Source of the DNA: Babesia bigemina
Taxonomy: Eukaryota
NCBI RefSeq assembly: GCF_000981445.1
Contig: NW_012237294.1
Location: 1-47,775 of the forward strand
Direction of reading: 5' to 3'
DNA: 47,775 nt
Part shown: positions 39,507 through 47,775 of the stretch, in pieces
Layout of the letters: every line of letters starts with the position of its first letter
How positions within the stretch are numbered: the first letter of the stretch is position 1
Made by a program: the position numbers and the translations under genes
The notes under the pieces: model-generated
Told to the model about the DNA's origin: nothing
What the model saw: the letters and a program-made list of their open reading frames with translations, nothing else
The model's database searches: none

Positions 39507-42500
39507 GTGCCGCCTTGGGAGCTTGACAAGAAATTTGACAAAATTTCAAACCTTAGAATCACCTTAAATAACAACCCTACTAACATCCTTAACAACCTCT
39601 GCTCCGGCCTTCAAACCTTCCTCGGCTTCAACTCTGCTTCCAAAGGCTACGACGGCTCTGGGATCGTGTACTCAGACCTTGATAGGCTGTGTGATGCAGT
39701 GATGGGATTTTTGAGTGGTGTGCTTGGTGCGGTGAAGGATGAAAATGAGGTGACAACTTATGATAAATACATCACTGATCCTGAGAAAAGACTTAATAAA
39801 GTAATAGAAAAAGTACAATCTTCAATTGGCTCCGGGCGTGAAGGGCTTGCGGTGTCTGTCGGCGCGGTGAAGGGGTGGTTGGAGGGGTATGAGAGGGAGG
39901 TGGGCAAGAAAACAAAAGCAGTGACAGACAGTTTAGCAACGTTAATCAAAGCAAAAATCGAAAAACATGCAAATGAAATTAATCAGCATAATGACCTCAG
40001 TACCCAATTGATTTTCCGGGCCCATGTGCTCGGAGATGCAAGCTTTGAAATTGAAAAAATCGAAAATGAACACGTCAATAAATTAGATAACTCTCTTAAG
40101 GAAAAAGTACAAAATAAAATTGAACCGATTAAAAAGTCTGTTGCAATGCTGGCAAATTCCGCCAAGCAAGATAAATTTGTGAAGCAGGCGGCGAAGGTGG
40201 AGAGTGAGTTGGTGCAACAAAAAATGAAAATTCAACAGGAATTACATTTGAGGTTTCTAAACATATTCAACGGAATTGATAGTCTGAAAGACGCTCGAAA
40301 GCAGGGTATGAACGGTATCAAAGACCATTTGAACGATGCTATGAAACTGGTTGATAAAGAGTTGGGGAATCATCAAGACAATTTCAAAAATAATATTTTA
40401 TATAAATTTGCGGAGATAAAAGATAAATTAAGTGATGTTGATAAGGATCAATTTAGAGGTGGTGTTGACGGTATGACAAGGCTTCGAAATGATGTTACTT
40501 CGATAAGGTCGCAGCTTTCTCAAGTTGAAACGCAACTCGGCCAACGAGTTAAAGAGTTGACCGATTGGAATGCTGCGGCAGGAAGCGCTGTGAGTAAGGC
40601 GAAGGGGAAATGTAAGCAGATTGTAGAGAAGGTTCATCACGCTGGCGGGGAGCAAAATACGGAAATTGGTAAGAACGATGAGGACTTGAAGAAAAAGGCT
40701 TCGGCGCTCCTGAAGGCATATGAGAAGGCTCATGCAGCAGTTGATACATTGGCCAAGAGCACTGTCACTGCCGCTATTGAAGATTTGGAAGAGAACATCA
40801 AAACTGATTTGTATACGATCAAAGAAGGAATAAAAAGTGGATTGAAGCAGGTTATTGATGCTCTTAAGGCAGGGATTGCTAATGCTATGGAAGATGATAG
40901 AGGAACCCTTTTCGTGCAAGAGTTCAGTCTTGGTCTAGGAGGCAAATATGGTAATGCTCCAAAGCTGTACGCGTGGGCTGATGCGATAAAGAATAGTAGT
41001 ACACTCAAAGATGCTATAGGAAATTTGCAGTGGAAAAGCAACGCATTTGAAGATTTCAAAAACATATTAAAACAACTTGAACAAAATCAGAGTAGTGCAG
41101 GCATTTTTTACGAAGTTCTAAATGAGGATCTTGACGGCAAGGTAGATGGAAAGTTGACCAGTGCAGGTAGAGGTGGAAGTAAAGTAAAACTAAGCGTACT
41201 CGGAACATACGAAAAAAATAAAAAACCGGGTTCCAGAAGCAAGTATCAAACACTAGTTACCACAGATATTCCTGATGCTCTGAAAGAGTTCAAGCAGATG
41301 GATGCCTTCAAAGGTAAAGAAGATCTTAATAAAGGCACAGTCGCGGAAAGTACAAAAACAGTTGACGACGCCTTTCAAATGATCACCACCCAACTCAACG
41401 AAATCGCCGGGCTGGTTGACAGCAGTAAAGGAACGCAGCACACGGCTGATGGCCAGAAAAACGGCGTGAACAACTACCTAGAGGATATTACAAGTTTGCT
41501 TGGTAAGGATACAGTTACTCTCACCTCCGATATAAAATCTGCCCACTCATCTGTCCAAGGCCTCGTGACGATAAAAACGCAACTTGAGATGCTAAATAAG
41601 GATCATCTTACTGAAGAGTCCGGCCAAATCGTGAAAGCAATCGACGAGATTGTTAAGTTAATACAGGGTCTTGAAGCGGTTCCTAAAAATGTTAATGAAA
41701 AGAGGAATGAAGCCGAGCTGCTCATGGAATCCCTGAAGAACAGACTCGATGGCCATCTCTCTGCCATAGAAATGAAGATCACAGATGCCGACCGTATTAT
41801 GTCTGCTGCCATTGTTGTGCTCGAAAATGCTCTTCAAGAAGCTCGCCGAAATGCCGAACAATCCGTCACCTCCGCCTTCTCCACCCTTACCTCCGAGGTC
41901 CGCTCCCTCTTCGCCGACGCCCACAAAGCCGACCTTGCTGCGCTCAAGACGCTCGTCGACGGGCAGAAGGAGGAGATTGAGGGGATCATCAGATCTGCAA
42001 AAATTACAGGTGTGATGGGATTGATAAGGAAAATGCATCCTAATAAAAGCGACTTTGAACAAATTAGCGAATTTGTGACTCCCGTGAAATTGAAGGCCGT
42101 ACCAACTAAAGAGGATTTCACTGGCATGTCTTCACACTTCAGGAAAATTGTCGACTCGTTTCTCGAATACACCGAATATCAAGTGTCCACTTCGTCTGGC
42201 GATCCTCATAAACGCCTGCCCACCGACCAGTCCGAGAAGGTGAGACATCTCAAGGACGCATTTGATGCCCTTCTTCACTACCTTAAACAAAATGGCGATT
42301 TAACTCGGCAGTACCTTTTTGACCATCATTTCGATGATTTACTTGCCTCCCTCAACGCCCTTGTCTCCTCCCTCTCTCCCTCCTTCTCCTCCCCCTCCCC
42401 CCTCCTCGCCCCCCTCAAGACCGGCCTCTCCAAATTCGCCGAGCAACTCGGCCACGCGTACGTGAACAGGTATAGTGGGAGGAAACGTTCTGATGACTGG

Positions 42501-44717
42501 GTAACAACAGAGACTAAAAATGTCGACGACACCCGTAAAACCGAGCAAATTACAAAGTTAACCCCTGAGGGCCGCAACTGCGCCAAGGTCTGCCTGACGA
42601 TAGTGGAGATGGTGAGTGAGGAGTTGGATGTGTTGAGAGAGAAATGCAAATTAGATTGGCATTCCAAACAAATAGATCGTATTAGTGTTCTTGGTTCATT
42701 TTTAGCGAAATGTGGTTACGTTGTTTCCGATAGGGATAAGCAGGACGGTGAACTGCAGCGCAGTGACAAGATGATGGGTGAGAACGTCCTTAGGAAACTG
42801 CATGAGAAAAAATTCACTGAGGACGCACAAGTTGACCACCTGCTCAAATGTGAGACAAATAAATATCCAAATGGTGATAAAATTAAAAGTCTTGAGTTTG
42901 ACATCTTCAACGTTCTCAAGTGCCTCCATCACCACCTTGAAACGTATTACAACATCGGTCACATGGCGACTCTCACTGCCAAACGTAATCCATGTTCCGT
43001 GTACGAGATGCTTGTTTGGTGCGCTGGTTTACTGTATAACCCTGTGAACTCAGTAATGCAACACGCAACGATCACTGAGCTTTTCGAAGATCCTGAGAAA
43101 GGAAACGCCGAGGACGAGATCATTATGATGCAAGTTGACAAAAACTTCATTGATGCAGCGCCTCACGCCATAAACTATCAAGGCATTGTCACGTCGCTGA
43201 CCGATCTGTGCGCGCAATCGTATGACGTCTTGACCAGAGTCCTGGGCACCGGCGACGCAGAGACCACGTACGCCAGCGACTATTGCAACAACTCGCATAA
43301 TTTCTATTATCCGCAGAAAGGCGACGATTGCCTCGACATGTTGCTCGACATATTGCGCCGAATGTTCCCGCCGCTGAAATTCCTGATGCACCAGTGCAGT
43401 TACCCGACGGGTATCCATGGCTGGTCCAGCTGCCAGTACGGCAAGGACGTCTCATCAGCTAAGTGGCCATGTAAGGGGCATCCAAAAGACAAACCAAATG
43501 ACCAACCAAATGATGAACCAACGTGCCAACCAAAATCACCACTTCAATCCTACCTAAACGACTCTCTCGCCGGGTGGTTACCGCATTCCCTAAGTGGCAT
43601 CGGCTGCAGGCCCAAATGTGCTAATTGTCCGGGAAATAAACCGGGGATGCAGTGCCTGACGCCGCTCGGATTTAGAGGCTTTTCTGGGACCACGAGGACA
43701 GGCAGAGACATATGCGACGTGCTGGAGAAATACTTCACCAACACGTATCATACATCGCTATTCAGTCTCGTGCCCAGGCCACCCTCAACGCTTGCGGAGC
43801 ATCACAGCTTCGTGTTGTCGCTAATGAGGGGTATTAATGCTGAGCAACGCAAGCAAAATCATGGTATCAAAACATTAAGTGAAGCATTTGACACATCCAT
43901 TTCCAAGCTTACTATCGAGCTGTATAAGGACGCCGGTACACTCACTGATGCGCTTGCCGACGCCTACTGCTCACGTAAAAATAGACATGAAGGAAAGAAT
44001 CATCTAGTTGCATTTGCTGATTTGGAAAGCCTGTCTATGAAAATAACGTGTCCCGGCAAAGATGCACTCTGCGCTCCTTATCTCTCATCGCTTGCCTCCG
44101 ACAGCTATTACTACATGACCAACAAAAATACTGACACATACCTCTCATGGGTTACATACTTACCGTGGACGTTTTGGAACTTGCTTAACAGTTTGTACAA
44201 CTCTTTCTGTGCTATCAATTGCCAAGATTGGGGATGTCGCGGTTGCTTGCGGGGCGATGTCTGTAAGAAGGGATCTCACGGTGTTGTTGATAAGGTCAAA
44301 CCAAATGCTGTTTGCAAATGCGATTCGATTGTCCAATGCAAAGGTGTCTCCGCAACCTTGTACCAATACGGTTTATGCTTCGGTGAACCATACACTCTGA
44401 GTGACGGTAAGACTATGAAGAAATGCTCCGACTTCTGCACTCAACTGAGCAACGTTCTCAACTCGACCTACTTCAGTAAGCTTTTCGAAAAATGCGACGA
44501 ATTCATTTTCACCATCAGGCAGCCGTTCATATGGCTCAACGTCGCACTCTGGTCACTATCCCTCTTCTACCTCATCTGCGTAATGGTTGGCAGACTGGAT
44601 GTGCTCCACATACGCTCACATCTGCGAACACCGTCGTCGCACAGGATAACGGCGCAGTCATTATTGGCTGCGGCGCAAGTCGGAAGGCTTGCAAAGATAT
44701 CGTATCTACAGCCTTAA
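39507..44717 (+). CDS. ves: ves/VESA-like variant surface antigen (gene 7), tail AQVGRLAKISYLQP; leader ATG 39424 is one base out of frame
   Basis: 1736-codon ORF (track start GTG); the 5' end is colinear with gene 6 apart from a 1-nt deletion near 39477. Confidence 0.87.
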   Translation: MPPWELDKKFDKISNLRITLNNNPTNILNNLCSGLQTFLGFNSASKGYDGSGIVYSDLDRLCDAVMGFLSGVLGAVKDENEVTTYDKYITDPEKRLNKVIEKVQSSIGSGREGLAVSVGAVKGWLEGYEREVGKKTKAVTDSLATLIKAKIEKHANEINQHNDLSTQLIFRAHVLGDASFEIEKIENEHVNKLDNSLKEKVQNKIEPIKKSVAMLANSAKQDKFVKQAAKVESELVQQKMKIQQELHLRFLNIFNGIDSLKDARKQGMNGIKDHLNDAMKLVDKELGNHQDNFKNNILYKFAEIKDKLSDVDKDQFRGGVDGMTRLRNDVTSIRSQLSQVETQLGQRVKELTDWNAAAGSAVSKAKGKCKQIVEKVHHAGGEQNTEIGKNDEDLKKKASALLKAYEKAHAAVDTLAKSTVTAAIEDLEENIKTDLYTIKEGIKSGLKQVIDALKAGIANAMEDDRGTLFVQEFSLGLGGKYGNAPKLYAWADAIKNSSTLKDAIGNLQWKSNAFEDFKNILKQLEQNQSSAGIFYEVLNEDLDGKVDGKLTSAGRGGSKVKLSVLGTYEKNKKPGSRSKYQTLVTTDIPDALKEFKQMDAFKGKEDLNKGTVAESTKTVDDAFQMITTQLNEIAGLVDSSKGTQHTADGQKNGVNNYLEDITSLLGKDTVTLTSDIKSAHSSVQGLVTIKTQLEMLNKDHLTEESGQIVKAIDEIVKLIQGLEAVPKNVNEKRNEAELLMESLKNRLDGHLSAIEMKITDADRIMSAAIVVLENALQEARRNAEQSVTSAFSTLTSEVRSLFADAHKADLAALKTLVDGQKEEIEGIIRSAKITGVMGLIRKMHPNKSDFEQISEFVTPVKLKAVPTKEDFTGMSSHFRKIVDSFLEYTEYQVSTSSGDPHKRLPTDQSEKVRHLKDAFDALLHYLKQNGDLTRQYLFDHHFDDLLASLNALVSSLSPSFSSPSPLLAPLKTGLSKFAEQLGHAYVNRYSGRKRSDDWVTTETKNVDDTRKTEQITKLTPEGRNCAKVCLTIVEMVSEELDVLREKCKLDWHSKQIDRISVLGSFLAKCGYVVSDRDKQDGELQRSDKMMGENVLRKLHEKKFTEDAQVDHLLKCETNKYPNGDKIKSLEFDIFNVLKCLHHHLETYYNIGHMATLTAKRNPCSVYEMLVWCAGLLYNPVNSVMQHATITELFEDPEKGNAEDEIIMMQVDKNFIDAAPHAINYQGIVTSLTDLCAQSYDVLTRVLGTGDAETTYASDYCNNSHNFYYPQKGDDCLDMLLDILRRMFPPLKFLMHQCSYPTGIHGWSSCQYGKDVSSAKWPCKGHPKDKPNDQPNDEPTCQPKSPLQSYLNDSLAGWLPHSLSGIGCRPKCANCPGNKPGMQCLTPLGFRGFSGTTRTGRDICDVLEKYFTNTYHTSLFSLVPRPPSTLAEHHSFVLSLMRGINAEQRKQNHGIKTLSEAFDTSISKLTIELYKDAGTLTDALADAYCSRKNRHEGKNHLVAFADLESLSMKITCPGKDALCAPYLSSLASDSYYYMTNKNTDTYLSWVTYLPWTFWNLLNSLYNSFCAINCQDWGCRGCLRGDVCKKGSHGVVDKVKPNAVCKCDSIVQCKGVSATLYQYGLCFGEPYTLSDGKTMKKCSDFCTQLSNVLNSTYFSKLFEKCDEFIFTIRQPFIWLNVALWSLSLFYLICVMVGRLDVLHIRSHLRTPSSHRITAQSLLAAAQVGRLAKISYLQP

Positions 44718-44867
44718 TCGTATTCACGTTTGTAACTCACACAACTCACGTAACATCTCACCTACCATCACCTACTCACCTAACCGACAAACGTAGTCTA
44801 ATGTCTCGAAGTACTCTAGCGGCAACCTGTGAACTAAATAGCGTTGAGATTAGGTTGACTGAACGAC

Positions 44868-45730
44868 AATGCAACGTGTTGACCTAGCACCCAGGCAAAG
44901 TGCTAAGCTAGCAACCAGGCTAAGTGGTAACCTAACACCCAGGCAAAGTGCTAGGCTAGCAGTCAGGCAACGTGCTAAGCTAGCAACCAGGCAAAGTGCT
45001 AAGCAAGCACACAGGCAAAGTGACAAGCAAGCAAGCAGGCAAAGTGCTAACCTAGCAACCAGGCAACGTGCTAAGCTAGCAGTCAGGCAACGTGCTAAGC
45101 TAGCAACCAGGCAAAGTGTTAAGCAAGCACACAGGCAAAGTGATAAGCAAGCACACAGGCAACGTGTTGACCTAGCACGCAGGCAAAGTGCTAAGCTAGC
45201 AACCAGGCAACGTGTTAAGCAAGCACACAGGCAAAGTGATAAGCAAGCAAGCAGGCAAAGTGCTAACCTAGCAACCAGGCAACGTGCTAAGCTAGCAGTC
45301 AGGCAACGTGCTAAGCTAGCAACCAGGCAAAGTGTTGACCTAGCAGCCAGGCAAAGTGCTAAGGTAGCAACCAGGCAAAGTGGTAAGCAAGCTACCGAGC
45401 TAAGTGTTAACCTAGCAACCAGGCAAAGTGGTAAGCTGGCAACCAGGCAACGTGCTATGGTAGCAACCAGGCAACGTGTTAAGCAAGCACACAGGCAAAG
45501 TGATAAGCAAGCACACAGGCAACGTGTTGACCTAGCACGCAGGCAAAGTGCTAAGCTAGCAACCAGGCAACGTGTTAAGCAAGCACACAGGCAAAGTGAT
45601 AAGCAAGCACACAGGCAACGTGGTAACCTAGCACCCAGGCAACGTGTTAAGCTAGCACCCAGGCAACGTGTTAAGCTAGCACCCAGGCAAAGTGTTGACC
45701 TAGCACGCAGGCAAAGTGCTAAGCTGGCGG
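44868..45730. repeat. 24-bp minisatellite
   Basis: Strict 24-bp period, ~36 units; ends aagctggcggatgaaccgtaa as in the first array. Confidence 0.95.
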
Positions 45731-46216
45731 ATGAACCGTAATTTGGTAGGTGTTATAGCACGTTGAGTTACGCGTTGACTGTGAGAGTCGTCTGCGTTGC
45801 CCATTAAGTCAGTGTCACGTGAGGCTGGGTGATTGGTCGCTAACGTAGGCGGTCGTGAGGGCCGCGGCGGGTGACCTAAGTCGTGTGTTGCGAGTCACTG
45901 GCAGGGTGGCGTCATCCGCGTTGGCCTGGTTAAGTAGCGTTTATAGGCGGCAATGTAGCGATCGTTAATGTCACATTTAGGCACGTAGCGGACACGCTCC
46001 GCCAGTATGGCGTCTATACGCGGCTCGTAGCACGGTGCTGCTGCACTGTGGGAGTTGAGCGCACGGGGTTCGCAGCAATTTCAATGGCGTTGCGAATGTT
46101 AAATAATTCAAAGTGACGGTTGGTGCTGATCACATGCGTCGCGTCAGGCGTGGCTGTGGTATCCCGGGCAGCGTGGGTGTCGGTGGCCCGGGCTGGGGGG
46201 ATACAGGGGTGAGGGT
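45726..46216 (+). promoter_or_regulatory. Conserved non-repetitive spacer (second copy)
   Basis: Colinear with 35266-35775. Confidence 0.5.
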
Positions 46217-46227
46217 TAAGTAAGTCA

Positions 46228-46437
46228 TGTTGCAGTTGGTGAGTGCTTGCGTAGTGATTGATATGTTTGCAGATTGAGGGGACTGGGAGCGGCAGTGGTA
46301 CGTGTTGCAGTTGGTGGGTGTTTGCGTAAGTGATTGATATGTCTACAGGTTGAGGGGACTGGGAGCGGCAGTGGTACGTGTTGCAGTTGGTGAGTGCTGC
46401 TTGAGTGATTGATGTCTGCAGGTTGAGGGGACTGGGA
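46228..46437 (+). repeat. ~76-bp repeat, 3 units with intron-like segments
   Basis: GT..AG segments at 46239-46272, 46314-46348, 46390-46421. Confidence 0.85.
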
Positions 46438-46450
46438 GGGGAGAAGGAAG

Positions 46451-46903
46451 ATGGCTTGGGACGATTGTACGTGTGCTAATAACTGTAAGAAACCTAATTG
46501 TAAGTGCTGTCCCTGGTGTTGTAATGGATGTATAAAAAGGTGTTTACAATGTTTCAATTTGTCTGTTGTGCGCAAAAGCGGAGCACCGTGCTACTTTCCG
46601 GAATGTGTTGGTTGTAAGACTAACACGTGTCCATGTCCATGTTGTGAAAGAAAACGTCCTACCCACTATTATAATACTCATACTGGCCGACACTTCACTG
46701 TCGCTGCCTCCGACCGTCTCCATCAGATTCCCACTCAACAGCTCTCTAACAGAGTTTCTACTCAAGAATCTGCCACAGATACCAATTCCTCCCCCGCCCC
46801 TTACATCATCGTCCCCGTCGCCCTCATCATCGTCGTCATCTGCGTCATGGTCTACTTCCGCATCCGGCCGTTCCACAGGGTGCGGTATCTACTGCGCAGC
46901 TGA
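46451..46903 (+). CDS. Small Cys-rich, single C-terminal TM protein B (150 aa), unknown function
   Basis: ATG in the same aagATGg context as gene A; 18 Cys in the first 65 aa; TM YIIVPVALIIVVICVMVYF; basic tail. Confidence 0.8.
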   Translation: MAWDDCTCANNCKKPNCKCCPWCCNGCIKRCLQCFNLSVVRKSGAPCYFPECVGCKTNTCPCPCCERKRPTHYYNTHTGRHFTVAASDRLHQIPTQQLSNRVSTQESATDTNSSPAPYIIVPVALIIVVICVMVYFRIRPFHRVRYLLRS

Positions 46904-46981
46904 TCACAATAACCTAACTGGCGACTATATATAATGTTGTAGACAGTAATGGTTGCTTGATGGCAAATTACATGAGCAGCG

Positions 46982-47135
46982 AGGTGACCAATGTGCTGAC
47001 CAAGCACCTGACCAAGGTGTTGACCTATGTGCTGACCAAAGTGGCGACCTATGTGCTGACCAAAGTGCTGACCAATGCCACGACCAATGCCACGACCAAT
47101 GTGCTGACCAATGCCATGACCAAAGTGGTGACCAC
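46982..47135. repeat. 12-bp minisatellite
   Basis: Starts directly after the ..ttacatgagcagcgaggtgac motif. Confidence 0.9.
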
Positions 47136-47139
47136 GTTA

Positions 47140-47775
47140 ATGGTTACGGCAGCGATGACATGGCTACGGCCAGCGATGACATGGTTACGGCAGCGATGGC
47201 ATGGACACGGCAGCGATGACATGGTTACGGCAGCGATGACATGGTTACGGCAGCGATGACATGGTCACGGCAGCGATGACATGGTCTCGGCAGCGATGAC
47301 ATGGTTATGGACACGGCAGCAAGGACATGGTCACGGCAGCGATGACATGGTCACGGCAGCGATGACATGGCTACGGCAGCGATGACATGGTTACGGCAGC
47401 GATGGCATGGACACGGCAGCGATGACATGGTTACGGCAGCGATGACATGGTCACGGCAGCGATGACATGGTTACGGCAGCGATGACATGGTCACGGCAGC
47501 GATGACATGGTCACGGCAGCGATGAGATGGACACGGCAGCGATGACATGGTACGGCAGCGATGACATGGTTATGGACACGGCAGCAAGGACATGGTCACG
47601 GCAGCGATGACATGGTCACGGCAGCGATGACATGGCTACGGCAGCGATGACATGGCTACGGCAGCGATGACATGGTTACGGCAGCGATGGCATGGACACG
47701 GCAGCGATGACATGGTTACGGCAGCGATGACATGGTCACGGCAGCGATGACATGGTTACGGCAGCGATGACATGG
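47140..47775. repeat. 20-bp minisatellite, runs off the window end
   Basis: Tandem acggcagcgatgacatggt(c/t). Confidence 0.95.

Overview
Eukaryotic (piroplasm, most likely Babesia) locus carrying a head-to-tail, + strand array of seven ves/VESA-like variant surface antigen genes or gene remnants (ORFs of 775-1986 codons). They share a coiled-coil-like variable N-terminal half, a Cys-rich C-terminal half (KSPLxSxLxDxLPGxLPH, TPxGF) and a TM segment plus short tail ending ...AQSLLAAAxVxxLxxxxYLQP. The family call rests on my recognition of these motifs, not on a database search. The 3' ends are all intact, but the 5' ends are truncated or lack an in-frame ATG; only the copy at 29101 has a clean start. 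The spacers follow a stereotyped order: conserved 3' flank, 12-bp satellite, 20-bp satellite, short linker, C-rich 21-22-bp satellite, conserved leader, next gene. The 20-bp and 21-bp satellites look like inverted relatives, and the 21-bp unit carries a telomere-like CCCTAACCC. Twice, a second module follows a ves gene: 24-bp satellite, conserved ~500-bp spacer, ~76-bp repeat in which each unit looks like a 32-36-nt intron holding a 4-codon uORF start, and then a small Cys-rich single-TM gene. Shared identical tracts between paralogs indicate segmental gene conversion. I found no rRNA, tRNA, CRISPR array or transposase.
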